A stretch of 52,078 nucleotides of DNA, filler included, from Bipalium vagum (taxonomy: Eukaryota), in NCBI GenBank assembly GCA_037834085.1. It is 3 parts of 3 records of this genome, joined end to end, with 100 filler letters (N's around TTAATTAATTAA, not from the genome) between each part and the next. Parts side by side here need not be neighbours in the genome. Positions count along the whole stretch, not along the records: positions 1 to 16,129 come from JBBMKC010125622.1; positions 16,230 to 35,297 come from JBBMKC010011778.1; 1 more part is not named here. One strand, given 5' to 3'. The translations under genes and the position numbers were made by a program. The notes below the pieces were generated by a model. The model ran no database searches. It saw only the letters and a list, made by a program, of their open reading frames with translations, and had not been told where the DNA came from. Numbering within the stretch: the first letter of the stretch is position 1; each line of letters opens with the position of its first letter. Of the stretch, positions 12,541 through 25,890 are shown piece by piece.

Positions 12541-13307
12541 AAATTTGATGTTTAGACTATACCTTTATCAGACAATAGTTCCAACATGCAATTTTTTCAA
12601 AAACCAATTATATAAATAATTGAAACTTGTTCTCATTTAATAATAAGTTACCCATAATACAGTATGAGATAAAAATTAACCAAGAAATAATAATAAAGAA
12701 GAAGCCTTACAAACTACATTTACAATATCAATTATGGACACGACAGGTCCAAAACGGGGTAAATGTAACCCAGTGCCATTTTATTTAACAAAAAAGCAGA
12801 AAATCAAATAAAATTTCAGTAAAGTTACCAAATTTAGTTTAATTTCTTAAACTCTGTACTTGTCACTATGTTATTGCTTGTATTCCAAGGAAACTCCCTT
12901 TTTATATTACTATATCTTTTATTATACTTAAAAGTATCGATTATTTAAAGATTTTAAAAAGATCTCAAGACCATAATTTCAACAAAAAATAATTGCTCTA
13001 AAGAAAACCTTCATGAGAATTAAATGACACTGGATTCAATATCTGTTTATGTACAATGAAAATCGTTAAATTCAAAAATGTAAAAGGGTTATGCTGTTAT
13101 CATTAACCATGGACGAATGTTTGAATATCTTTATTGATAATTTTTAAAAATTTTATTTTTCAAAGTATATCATTGATTTGAAAATCTACTTTTTTCATAA
13201 TGACCAATTTCACCTCGTAAATATTCCTGAGTTCGTAATTAAAATCGATTTAGAAAATAAATGGAAAATGATGGTGATTAATTTGACTAGGTAATTGATT
13301 TTATATA

Positions 13308-14569
13308 TTAGGAGTACCCATAAGTAATCAATTATTTAAATGGTAAAACAAAACAAGAATTTAAATACATTTCTTTCTATTTTTAATCGATTACATAATT
13401 TCCATCGTTATCTAGGACCTTTTGCCATCTTGTTGGTAGAATTCAAATTCCCCGGCCATAAAATTCTGTATCCTTTGAAGAGAAATATGATTCTAGGTGA
13501 GTTCGAACATCATCGGCGTTTTTGAAATTTTGATTCTTCAGGGAATGTTCCACGTACCGGAATATATGAAAATCCGATTGAGAATATGGGGGATGTGGTA
13601 AACCTCCCAGTCTAGCTACTTTATATTTTCTTGGGTTAATTTGGTTGCATGATGTCTTGCATTATCATGTTGCAATATTACCCCTTTTCTGTTAATCAAA
13701 CCTGGTAGTTTTACGAACAATTGGTTTCGTAATCTATCGAACTGTTGGCAATACAATTCAGCTGTAACTGTTTCTCCTGATCTCAATAGTTCAAAATGAA
13801 TTATGCCACCACTGTCCCACCAAACGCACAATAATATCTTCTTTAGAGTGAGGGATGGTTTTGGAATGGGTACGGGTAGTTGATTTTGAGAAAGCCATTG
13901 CTTGGTGCGCTTGTTGTTGTTGTACAAGACCTATTCTCATCACCTGTAACAATCCTTCTTAAAAACGGATCATTTCTTTGTCTGCACGAAAGAGATGTGC
14001 AAATTGTAAGTCGTTGATCTTTATTCATCTCCGTCAATAGATGTGGAGCCCATATACCCTGCCTGTCAACCTTCCCGATTTTTTAAAGATGTCTTTGAAC
14101 TGTTGACCAAGTAGTTTGAAGAGTTTTTGCTATTTCCTGGATACTCATTTTGGGATTCGTTTCCACCAGTGCTTTCAGAGCGTCTTTTTCAAACCCTACT
14201 GGGCGTCCTGTTCGAGTGCTATCAGATAAGCCAAAATCACCATTTGAAAGTTTTCGAAACCAATGTTGGCACTTATTGACTTTTAATACGTTTGTATACA
14301 CATCACAAATCTTCTTTGTTGCAACAGTTGCAATAACAACCGATCGAAAAGGAAACAGTTTACAATGACGTAAATGTTCCTCACTTAGTTGATTTTCTGC
14401 CATTTTATATCAGAATAATAAAAACGTTTGAATTTAATTATAATCAATATTCAAGGTCAATGATTGTAATTTAACGTAATAAAACAGGTATTTATATATT
14501 CAGGGTCTGAGCTAAAATGAAGCAAACATTGCATATTAAAAATAATTAATTATTAATGGGTACTCCTAA
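13308..14569 (-). mobile_element. Full-length (1262 bp) DD34D mariner with frameshifted transposase
   Basis: TIRs TTAGGAGTACCCAT.. / ..ATGGGTACTCCTAA with TA flanks. ORF pieces MAENQLSEEHLRHC, WAPH, RIVTGDE, LCVWWDSGGIIHFELL, LQHDNARHH, HPPYS, LPTRWQKVLDNDGNY. Confidence 0.95.
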
Positions 14570-15599
14570 TATTTTATTTATTTATTTAAAATATCGCCAA
14601 ATTTGTAAAAAAAAGAATTTTAAAGTTGAGATTTACTTTCCTTATGCCTCAATGAACCCGTCTCTTGTATTACGTATTGTCAAATAATGTAGAATAATAA
14701 AGTTAAATGAAACCTGAAAAATATTTTAAAAATAATAAAAATGTGTTGCGAAAAATATAAAATTAAAAAATGTTTCGGAAATCATCAATAATATTATTTA
14801 AATTCTTATTATTCATTTATATTTCGTGTGTTATTTCTTCACAGAGAGATAATCATTTGAAAATATTTGTGTGAAATTAAGAAATATTTAATGTTAAGAT
14901 CTCATTTTATTTTACTTTATTACATTCCTTATCCATGATTATTCAGTCTGAACTGGCACCGATTAAATATTCTGTTTCATCAAATAAATAATTCTATCTT
15001 ATTATTTATAATATTTATGCTCTAATTATATATTATATTATATAATATTATATATTTCTGTTAACCTAAATGGAAACCTATTAAATTTATTTTTAAATGA
15101 AATTAATGTTAAATATGAATGGATAATATAATATCAAATATTATATTAAATTAAATAAATATTTAATGAATAGCTTCCACCTTTTTACGTTGTAAAATAA
15201 AAATAATTATCATTACTTTTATCTTATTAATTAAAATAATTTTAAACTTTTTAAAAACAATTTTAATTGTTCGGTAGAATAAAACCGAATTAAAATCTTC
15301 AAATTTGGTTTTATAATAAGGTTATAAACAATAGATTATATATTATATATAAATTATTTGAAAAAAAACGTTCTGATAAATTTAAAAATCTCTAAATATA
15401 AATAAATAATTTTTACATTAACATTCTGCTAGTGATATAATTTTATAGGTTATCAACCTGGTTGAATCAACAACAAGTTTACTTTTCCTTACACAAGAGC
15501 AACGTCAAGTTATAAGTTATTTTAAAATATTATTTTTATCATCAAAATTATTAATAAATTTATTTTCCGATATTATTCTTTAATTACTACTGAATAATA

Positions 15600-15870
15600 T
15601 TTGGTTGTGCTGTATGAAATTTCCGATTTTATGATATTAAGCAATGAACCGCAGAATTATTTATTTAATTAAAGTAGTCACCATTTCATTCAATACATTT
15701 CTGCCGATGAGTCACCAGGTTTTGAATATTATTTATTTAAAAATCTGTTCTTTTAAAAGTATGAAAGTCCATACTTATTCCATATCCCTGATTTTTCAAG
15801 GTTTTTCTGTTCACAAAATTAGGATGATGCTTAAAGAAATGATAGTCCGTTGGTCCCAGGTTTGAGGAAT
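15600..15870 (-). mobile_element. Mariner 3' fragment
   Basis: SNLGPTDYHFFKH on the minus strand; TA + tttggttgtgctgtatgaaatttccg terminus. Confidence 0.7.
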
Positions 15871-15954
15871 GATCTATCTATCTCTTGTTAAGTTAGCTTT
15901 TGTTGGGTTTGCCAAAGTCACAAAAGGTGAATTGGTGAAATTGATTATAATGTT

Positions 15955-16002
15955 AATAATAATAATAATAATGATAATAATAATAATAATAATAATAATA
16001 AT
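15955..16002. repeat. (AAT)n microsatellite
   Basis: Near-perfect aat run with one gat interruption. Confidence 0.95.
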
Positions 16003-16129
16003 GTGGAGACTCCAGAGAAATTGAACTAATTAACATTTAAAAACAATTCTGACAATTTTTGATCTCGAAACTTTTTATTTTTGATTTGATTTTAATAAAA
16101 GTATTTTTATTTTTGTTCACTTGTAAAAA

Positions 16130-16229
16130 NNNNNNNNNNNNNNNNNNNNNNNNNNNNNNNNNNNNNNNNNNNNTTAATTAATTAANNNNNNNNNNNNNNN
16201 NNNNNNNNNNNNNNNNNNNNNNNNNNNNN
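16130..16229. other. Artificial 100-bp contig joiner N44-TTAATTAATTAA-N44
   Basis: Six-frame stop linker centred in Ns; identical structure at 35298-35397. Confidence 0.95.
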
Positions 16230-16369
16230 AAATTGTAATATTTAAAGGTAAATTGTTTAAATAGCCTAATAAATTAAACTTATTTACTGTTATTTTGAAA
16301 AGACAAATACCAAGTAATAGAAATAAAATATATTCATCTAATATTTTTTTCTTAGTATTACAGAATAAT

Positions 16370-17395
16370 ATGAAAATTGATAAAACCTACAATGTTCATT
16401 ATGCTTTTACGATATTTTTAGAAAAAAGGATTCAATGTCAGATCTGCTACATTTGAAATTTGAAAAGTTGAGGGACATAAATTTGTCAGTAAAAGCGCAA
16501 CTATCAAATAGTTTAAAATATTCAATTCGGGAAATATGGATCTTAATTATGAATCACGTTCTGGAAGACCCTCAACAGTTTATTCTTTGGATGAAAATTC
16601 CTGTACCAGTGTCAGAAGACTTTCAGATGAAGTTCAAATTTCGAAATCTTCAGTCCACAGCAAACTTCTGTGTCATTGCAAGAGAAATAGCAGATGCAAA
16701 TTTGTAACGCATGATCTAACAAGTAGAAAAACGTTTGCAAATATGTAAACTCCTATACTAACAAAATGAGTTACTTGCAATAGAAATGGGTGTACTTCCG
16801 GAATCCAGACTTGCGAGATCATTAATCAGACTCTCATACCGGGCCCAAGCACCAACGATTTGAAAACAAAGTTTTGTTCTGCGTTTGGTGGAATTAAGAG
16901 AGCCAAATCGTCCCAAATGGACATACAATAATACCCCGGTTTATGTTAAGAAGCTACAAAGTATGTATGTATTGCGGCCAAATACCCTGCTCTAATTAAC
17001 AGGAAACGTGCATTGTTACAGAAGAACAATACTCGTCAACATGTTGCTTGTCAAACCAAACTTAAAATAATGAAACTAGAAGGGATTGAGGTAATACCAC
17101 GCCTAGCATATAGTCCGGACCTTGCACAGTCGAATTATTACCTCTTTCGTTCCATGGCTTATTAACTGCAAGGAAAAGGTTTTCAGAATGTGGAAGAGGT
17201 GAGAACAAGTATCACTGATTTTTTAGTTATCAAAGGCCAAAGAGTGGTACATGAATGTTATAAAAGAATAAACTGGGAGATGGTTAAAGACAATTAAAAA
17301 CAACTTTTTGAAGACTGATTCATGTTGTAAATGTCATAATAAATATTTATTTTTATTTCATATTATAGTGATCACGAATTTTTGGGATACCCTAA
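16370..17395 (+). mobile_element. Degenerate DD34D mariner
   Basis: DLNYESRSGRP, KVLFCVWWN, QKNNTRQH, PRLAYSPDLAQSNYYLFRSM; terminus ...tttttgggataccctaa-TA. Confidence 0.85.
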
Positions 17396-19297
17396 TATTT
17401 TCTCGATTTTGTTAATAACATTTTATAAAAATTTTGTTTGTTTGACTTTTGTTTACATAAACCCTTCATATTTTTGAGAAAATGCTCGATTCAAGTGGTG
17501 CCAGGTTTCACTGTATTAATTTTTTAAGCCACATATAATAATATTTAAACAAATTATTAAACTATTGGATTTCCAATTTTAAAAGGTCAATTAATTTAAA
17601 TGTCAAAATGTAATTATTTATTTATTTAATTAAAATTGACTAATATATTAAAATTTCTTAGCGTAATAAAATGATATTAAAAATATTATCTGAATTTTAT
17701 GTTTTATAATTATGTCAATTAATTTAAACTTAAAAATCCCCGTTGTTTGATTAGATTCCTTATAAAAGTTTTTAAAAGAGATATTTTATTGATATTTTTT
17801 TATTTATAATATTATTGTGGTCTTGAAATCAGAATTAAGATACCTTATAAACTTTGTAATAGTTTTCGAATAATTTAGTCCGTTTGTTCTTACACAGATT
17901 ATATTTATGAAAGAAATAACACTTAAATTGAACCTAGTTAAAATTAATTCACAATCAATTATTTTCATGAAACAAACTATAAATTATGCGAAAAGAAAAG
18001 AAATAGTAGAACTAGTCGAGTGAATTTTCAAAAGAAATTTAATTAATATGTTAAGAAAAAATTAAAATATTTCCATAATAAAAAATTTCAACTAATTGAT
18101 GCAAGTTATTTGAAATTTTCATTAAATTAAGCACTGGTGGCAAAAACAAAAAGAATTAAATATATAATACATGACTAAAAAAATTATATAAACCTTTTAA
18201 ACGTAAAAGCTAAGCAAAGGTTTTTTTTATGTTTAGAATAAATAAAATATATTATTTTCAATAAAATTTCCAATTATTTCATAAATAATTAAAATACTTT
18301 CGTCTCCTCAATAATCTAAATTATTTTTTTAAGATAGTAAAACTTAAATTCAATTAAGTACACTAGTTAATATATATTTTCATTATTTATCATAATTTGA
18401 CTATTGTTAGTATTTTTTAATAATAATTTAATAAAAGGAAATTAGTTTTAAAAAGACTTTCAATTTTATTAAAAATTGATATCATACTTCAAATTTGAGA
18501 TTACAAATAAATAGTTCATTTTAAATAAAATTTAAAAAATAAATTAAGTTTAAAGAAAGAATTCAAAGTAAATTTTACATAGAAATATTAATACTTAAGG
18601 AATGGTGTTTCAATTAGCGAAGTTCTTCTTGTGCTTTATAAAAATTTGATTATATTTAATAATAAAAAGAAACATAACGGGATAAGAATTTTAAAAAATT
18701 TTCAAATTTATTAGGAAAATAACTTTGAAATTTTTTTGAAAGAACTTTGAATGTACCTGAAATATTTTGTAAATTAATCAAACATTTTAATATAAAAAGA
18801 TAAATATTTAGAATTTTAGAAGCAAATGAAATTTGAGATTTTTCCAGTGCTCAAAAATATAAATTGAGTAGAAAATGCGTTATAATTAAAATTTGTATTA
18901 TAAAATTCAGACAATAATCTTGGAACTGAGTTTTCGAAGTGAAGAGTTTGTGAATTCAATAATAATATCATTAATAATAATGATAATTCATTAAACAAAA
19001 AAAGTTTATTGATTAAATACTGAAATTATATAATTTTCATCAGAACAAATATTATTGTGAAAATTTTCCGTTTATAATTTTATATAAAATAATCAATATT
19101 GATATTGAATTTTTTAAAAAATGGATCAAATATGTGTGAAATTTTAAAATTCTTACCTGTCAAATTAAAATAAAAATAAATTGACTTTTCCAGGTATACT
19201 TAAACCATTGATCGTTATTTTCTTATTATTATTTTAATTATTTAATTATTTTTATTATTATTATTTTAAAATTTACTTTTAAAAATCATTCAATTAC

Positions 19298-19444
19298 CTG
19301 ATAACATTTTCCGTATCCAGATTCTGTAACGACCATAATTAATATATTTTTTGCGTTGAGACGAAACTTTTGTGCTATATTTGCACGGACATATTGCACA
19401 AGACTAACTGTATTGACCCACATTGCTGCACAGATTTGAGATCC
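19298..19444 (-). CDS. USP31: USP31/USP43-like deubiquitinase, coding exon 2 (49 codons, phase 0-0)
   Basis: Acceptor ttgatag|GGA and donor CAG|gtaatt; open frame GSQICAAMWVNTVSLVQYVRANIAQKFRLNAKNILIMVVTESGYGKCYQ continues exon 1 and resembles the UBL-like insert that follows SLPxP in USP31/43. Confidence 0.75.
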
Positions 19445-19563
19445 CTATCAAGAGAACAGCAGATTGGTAAAATATTGATACTTTATTACAGCTATATTTA
19501 TTATGATAATGGTATAGAGAAATTTATCCAATTATTTGAAAATTATTTATAGTTTTGTGTTGC

Positions 19564-20105
19564 TAACGAAAAATTAATACATAAAAATGACACTGTTCAC
19601 CATTTCTGAATGGCACATCAACTTATTAAAACCATGAGCATTAAGAATATTAAACAAGAGTGAGAAAAAATTGAGAAGAGCACAATAAAATTTGTGCCAT
19701 AAATATATTTGTTTATTTTTTAAAATACTCACATTATTTATATACTACTATAGAGTTGATAATTAAGAGATTTCCTTCAACTTAAATTTTGTTGTTTGAA
19801 TATGTAACTATTACATGCATAATCGATTATTGAATTTTATGAATAATAAGTAACTGTTGTAGATAAAAAAGTCTATATTTAATACTTTTAAAAATGATTT
19901 AATAAAATTTTCTACGAAAATTTACGTTTTTAATATTAATATTTAGTACTTATATTAATAGTAATTATTTTATTATTATTATTATAAACTTATAAAATTA
20001 AGACAATTAGAAATTAAATTAAATTAATAATAATAATTATTATGGTGATAACGAAAAATTAATACATAAAAATGACAGTGTTCACCATTTCTGAATGGCA
20101 CATCA
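19564..20105. repeat. 57-bp direct repeat pair (19564-19620 and 20049-20105) in USP intron 1
   Basis: taacgaaaaattaatacataaaaatgaca(c/g)tgttcaccatttctgaatggcacatca, 1 mismatch. Confidence 0.9.
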
Positions 20106-20160
20106 CCTAAAATAATAATAATAATAATAAATATCAAACAGAAAAATAATTAGCACTCAC

Positions 20161-21270
20161 GTCCTTTTCCACAAAACAATAATACAATGGTTCCATTGAT
20201 TTCGCTGGCACTGGAAGACTGAGGCACAAATGTGGTTCCAGTTTATATTGACGCGTGTTACAGCCCGGACAAGTGATGGTCAACTGTTGGTAAGTGGCAA
20301 ACAATTGGTGAATCTTTGAACAGTTCTGGTACGATATTTTCTGAGCTTCATAAGAGATATTGTACTTGCGATCTCTGTGGTTCATTTTGTTATCGATTAG
20401 TTCGTAAGGCAACTTCAACGTCTCATGACAATAATTCAAGAGGAACAATAAAAACTCTTGGGCATCTTGCTGATCGTTGCTATAGAAATTTTTATCGACC
20501 ACTGATAATTTGGCCTTAAAATCACTAGAAATCGATTCGCACTTCAAATTGGGCATCCACAGGCTTTTGAGAAACAGGGCGAAACTGAACAGAAATGAGG
20601 TTGTTTCTTTCCATTTGAGATTAGAATCGGAACTTTGAAATTTATTCAGACGACTAAGGTCGTCCTTGAACTTATTCAAAACGAAATATTTAGCCAGAGA
20701 ATCGATGGAGTTGATGCATTGCAAAATGGAATTTATATAACACGTGTTTCCGTGGTTTACGATTCCGTAATATGAGATGCTGTGGTTTTGAGCGAACTTG
20801 TTGTTATTTTTTGGTGTTTGGGTTGAATTCAATTTTGAATCGAACTCTGCGTTTGTCAAGCTGGAAAAACGACTTGATGTGCTCAAATTACCAGTTTCTC
20901 GACAATCGTTGGTGTTTAAGTCCAGTGTCAGTGATATACTCATGGATTTGTACTTTCTCGAAGTAAACATTCGATATAATGATAATTTGTTTGATTTCAA
21001 TGACTTTACTGGTGCCTTGGAGCTCAATATTTCATTGGAACACTTTAAGGATGCTCTGGTTTTGTTCGAAGGAGACTGGCTTTGATCAAAAGATTTGGCT
21101 TTAACAAAATAAGTACGGAGTTTTGAAAAAATATTTACATTTCTCTCAAATAATTTTGATTTTTTATTTTTCTTCGCTTGAATAATGAAATCATCTGAAT
21201 TTTCTTGATTTTTAATATAAGATTTTTTGTCAGACAAACTGTTTCTTGACCAAAATCGATTACCAAACAT
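20161..21270 (-). CDS. USP31: USP31/USP43-like ubiquitin carboxyl-terminal hydrolase (C19), coding exon 1
   Basis: Cys box GIVNHGNTCYINSILQC (GxxNHGNTC is typical of USP31/43), QQDAQEFLLFLL, TCPGC, EPHLCLSLPVP..PLY; donor GAC|gtgagt at 20160. K/S-rich N-terminal extension. Confidence 0.85.
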
Positions 21271-22099
21271 TGATGAATCAACATAGAATGTGGATTGCTT
21301 TAAATAAAATATTGTTCATTCTAAAATGATTCGTTGAAATTACATATATTCATTTTTTAAATTATTTTCTAAAACATGTTATTTAATAAAATTACTGTAC
21401 AATCTTCAATTTAAATTTGAAATAGCAACATTTTTATATTTACAAATTTCCCAACTAACGTAATTCACATTTTTAAACAAAACAAATTCAAGGTCAATCT
21501 ATATATTTTTTTCGTGCTTCGAAAATCAATTTCAAAATAAAAAAAAATAATGAACACAATTGTATTAAATTCGAAGTTTAAAATGAGTGTTTTAATTTAT
21601 CAACCAATTCTAAGGATAAGTTACTTTCAATTTGTCACCTGCCTAGTACTAGACATCATTTTGGTTCTTTTTATGTAATGAAAAAGCAACTCCCTACATG
21701 TCTTAACGGTTCAGGTAACTTAAAGCTGATCACTCAGATTAAGTCCAGATTTTTCCAAAAGGATTCTACATGATTCTTTAACTAATAATCTCTTCAGCTA
21801 CCATTATCTACAATCATCAAAAACTTGATAATCCTACAAAAGTTGCTTATATATGTTAATAATAAATAACATAGTTATTAAAGGAATTATGTTATTCTTA
21901 AATCATTGTACGTTTTTTGTATCCTTATGAACTCTCATCTGTTAAATTTTTTATATATATGAATCCAAAATCTTTTATTATGGATAGGATTTATTTAACC
22001 CTATGGATGAAATAAAATGACGAATGATAGCATTAAATTTGATTAATTAAAACAGAAAACATCTAAAAGTTCAGTTCTAAATCACAAACCGTTTAAAAA

Positions 22100-23850
22100 A
22101 ATAATAGTTAACGTCTCTGAATCTCACCCACAGCGATTGCATTGGTTTCCTCTGTCTTTCCGCGCTACTCATCTGGCTAATGTATCTAGTCTTCGGATTT
22201 TCAACTTTTGCCTGCTCATGTTTTGTCTGACACTGAGCACATACGATATCGGTGATTCTGGACAATCCATTGACATTGCTGTGCTCTTCGCCTTTCCGGT
22301 ATCTCAAATCAAAGTTGAATTCAGACAGATTTGTCAGCCAGGTTTGAAACTATGGGCTGATTGGATTTTTGTAGTGTTCAGGAATACTAGAGCTTTGTGA
22401 TCCGTTCTTGCAATGAATCCTTCGCGATATATGTATTGCTTGAAGTTCAAAACGAATTCGTACAGATCTAATAACTTCTTCCTTGTGATGCAATAGCCAA
22501 ATTCGTGATTCGCAAATGCCTGGAACAATAAATAATCACGGTCCTCGATCCATCTTCTTTGATCTGGCTTAACACGGCACCGATAGCCCTGAAACTAGCG
22601 TCAGTATCCAACATGAAAGTAGAGTCCTTTCACGGGAAATTAAAAATGGGGGCTTTTGCATAGTCTGTCCTTGAGATTTTGGAACCGTTAACTGCAGACC
22701 TTTGTCTTCTCTTGAAATAACCGCATATAAGGAAGCTGCAACTTCGGCATACATATTGATGATAATAGTTTGTCAATCCTAGGAAAGACAGCAAATGCGA
22801 CACACAACCAAGTGGTTTTGCCCTAGATATTTCCTCTATCTTCTTTTCTTTGGTGCGAATGTCATCCGAATACACGGTATGACCAAGAAAAACAAGCTCT
22901 TTCTGAAGGTACTGGCACTTGTTGGGATTTAATTTCAAGCCTACCTTTGAGATTATGTAAACGAGATATATTATGTAATCATGATATACCAGAACACCAT
23001 AAAAAAATTAGACCATCCAACAGTTCGTGCATCAGATTTTGAAACGTCTCCAGATCCGTTGACAACTCAAAAGGCATGCAATTGACGTAGAATTTACCTT
23101 GTACGGTGCTGAACGCCGTTATCAATCGCGACTTTTCTGATTGATCCAGATCGATTGAGGAAAAATATTTTGACCCAGCCAGGAAATCGAGTAACATCTG
23201 CATATCAGGAATGGGAAAAGTATACTTCTCTATAATGGCATTGACTCTCATAAAATCTACGCACATTCGAATCGAGCCGTCTTTTTTCCTCACTACCATC
23301 ATTGGGGAATTCTATGGGCTCTTGTACTTGGACACGACTCCAGCGGCCATCAGTTGGAATACCATCACATCCACCATTGATTTCAGATGCATCGGCTGCC
23401 TTCTTGGTTGTTGTAAGATTGTTGTGCCTGTTACGTCAATGTTATATTGAACTAACTTCGTTGCCAATTGTCAAAGGTTGAACCCATGAAAATATTACCA
23501 TGCCCTCTCATCATGTTATGCAATCGCACACTGCTCACTTCTTTAAAAATCTCCATTACATAATTAATTCTGTCGAAACTTGAAAACTTCTTTTGTAGAT
23601 CTGTCTATTCAATGTATTAATTATTATTATTATTAATTTGGATGAACTGGATTCCAAACTCATTCATCAAATTAACGCTACCAAGAAAATCTGGCTGCAA
23701 TATCCGTACGACCATAATCTCCACTTGTTTAGTTTTCCCACTCCAACCGATATCTGACAATGGTCGCTCGCATCCAACTGAAAATACACAAATTAAGATA
23801 GCTTTGCTATTACTCAACTTAGGCTACTCAGCTATCTGTCCTTTTTTCCG
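22100..23850 (-). mobile_element. Ty3/gypsy pol relic (protease-RT-RNase H; integrase not seen)
   Basis: VVRKKDGSIRMCVDF, FPIPDM, YFSSIDL, MPFELS, KLNPNKCQYLQKELVFLGH, SFLGLTNYY, LDTDAS, TDHKAL, YRKGEEHSNVNGLSR across frameshifts. Confidence 0.92.
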
Positions 23851-24399
23851 TTTTCTTTTTTGTTTTTAACTCACAGGCTAAGTAGGGCGGTGACTTAAAT
23901 TGTTTTTCTTATTCGAGGACCTCTGAGATTAAGAGCGAGAGGATTTTTTAACTCCAAACTAAAGAGCCCTAAATTAAATATTCATCAAGGACGATCATCA
24001 CCAACTTTTGTAAAAGCCCCTATTTTTAATAAAAATATAATTTTTGAAAAATTCAATTTGATTTTATCATTTGCATTCGATTTTATTTGAACTTTAATAA
24101 TCAAAGCAACCTTCGCCGCTAAGTTCTAATAATCAACATTCTTAGCTCTACCTTTTATAAATTAGGAACTGAACATATTTGATATTTGATATATTTTTAT
24201 CTTTATTAAATTTTTATTTTTAGTGTATTTATCTTTAATAAATTTTATCAAATTTATATTTTTATCTTAGATAAATTCATAATTTTAGTATTTTTATATA
24301 GATGTTATTTTTAAGCAAAAAATATTTTTAGGCTGAATTTTTAAGGTCTAATTTTTTTTAAAAATGAAGGAATATTTATGGTTCACTTTATGTGGCGTT

Positions 24400-24950
24400 G
24401 ATGCGTAGTAGCTGAAATTAACAACGGGCTGTGTCCACGCTGGTCATAAATCAAACATGTATTCTGCAGTGGACAGTGAGAACACAAATGATTGTTTGAC
24501 CCGCAGAAATAACATTGAACCGATCTCAGCTGTTCGTCCTTTGATGGTGGTAAACAGCGGGATCATTAAATACCTTGTTGGTTCTCTTCTATGGACATCG
24601 GCTTGACTGTGATGCGTGTCCCGATATTCATTCGAGACTCTTTTCGTTGGTTTGTTCCATAAGACTTTCTGTTAATGGAAAAGGCTTCATTCCTGATCTA
24701 AGACTCAATCTTTCAAACATGTAGTTATGTCCCGGTCGAAAAAAATTAGTATTTGGTTGTACTCCTTGTACAGATAACTGCACTGACTTGAACCATCTCT
24801 TGAGCTTGTTCTCAATTCTCATATAACTTGGTCAGATCCATAATTTCCTTTACTTCAATCTTCAGCTTTGTTATTAAAGCTTCTTTAACACCTGTGCTCT
24901 TGGATCTTTTCGCTAAGAAATCATATAAAATTATGATCCGTTCGAAAAAA
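24400..24950 (-). mobile_element. LTR-retrotransposon gag relic with CCHC zinc knuckle
   Basis: CYFCGSNNHLCSHC (CX2CX4HX4C) at 24514-24473 plus a decayed second knuckle CLIYDQRGH. Confidence 0.7.
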
Positions 24951-25890
24951 GAATATCGTAATAGAAATCAATTAATTCACAACAAAAATCACATAATAAT
25001 AGTAATGTTCAATTCAATCCTTCGTTTGTCTTTTCTTTTCGTCGTCACCGTCTCTCTGTCGCTTTGTTTCTCCTCATTTAACTCTAATTTTTATTCTGCT
25101 TATGAAGAATCGGGTAGTTGCTTATGTGAAGATCCTAAGAGGGTGGTTAAAGTGATGTTAAAATACGGGGCTAAGTTTGGCTTAGGTCTCAACGGTTGAA
25201 GGTTGCAATAGGTTTTGTAGGATAAAATTATTTAAATAAACTGAGATGAAGATATAGATTTAATACTTTTATTAAAATCGAATTAAAATTGAATATTACA
25301 AATGAGTGATACCAATTCTGACCTAATAATTTAAGTTTATTAATTATAGTTATTATTTATAAAAACCCTCTCGCTCTTACGGTGGCCAAGACAAAGAATT
25401 GGTGGAACCTGGTGGCAAAGGAGAGTAAAGTTTGTCTTCTTGCAAATATACAGACAAGAAAATATTGTTGACCTTGAAGGTTTTCTGATTGAATATTTGA
25501 CGACAGTCCTTTTCGAGACTAAAAATTTCTCCAAAATAGATTCACAACAAAAATGTGTATATTATCGTTAAAATTAATATTTTTGTTGCGATTGTTTTAA
25601 TGTTGTTGAGGTCGCACTATAATCCTTAAACAAATATCAAAAATAAAAATGCCATTCCAACCATATTCCTCAAATGAAAACGACCTCGAACTCAATAACC
25701 AGCTTGAAGTTACTGATCCATCCACGGATCATTGAGGTTGTATCTCTATAATTCTGTTAAATATTTTAATGTAATTAATAATTATAATAAATATTATTAG
25801 TTTTTAAATAAGATACAATGCATCTTCATGTATTTGAAACTGAAATAAAACTTTCTCGTAAAAAATATGTAAAAATAAAATATGTTATAT

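Noticed and set aside
13170-13230. GHY-containing minus-strand frame as a USP His-box exon
   Set aside because: Lacks the YxLxAVxxHxG context and hits a stop within ten codons.
18816-19019. Phase-0 open frame after tttcag as USP exon 3
   Set aside because: Low-complexity L/N/F/I composition with no USP31-like similarity; probably chance.
20044-20107. C/D snoRNA in USP intron 1
   Set aside because: A terminal stem is present, but there is no CUGA D box on the host strand and the C box is imperfect.
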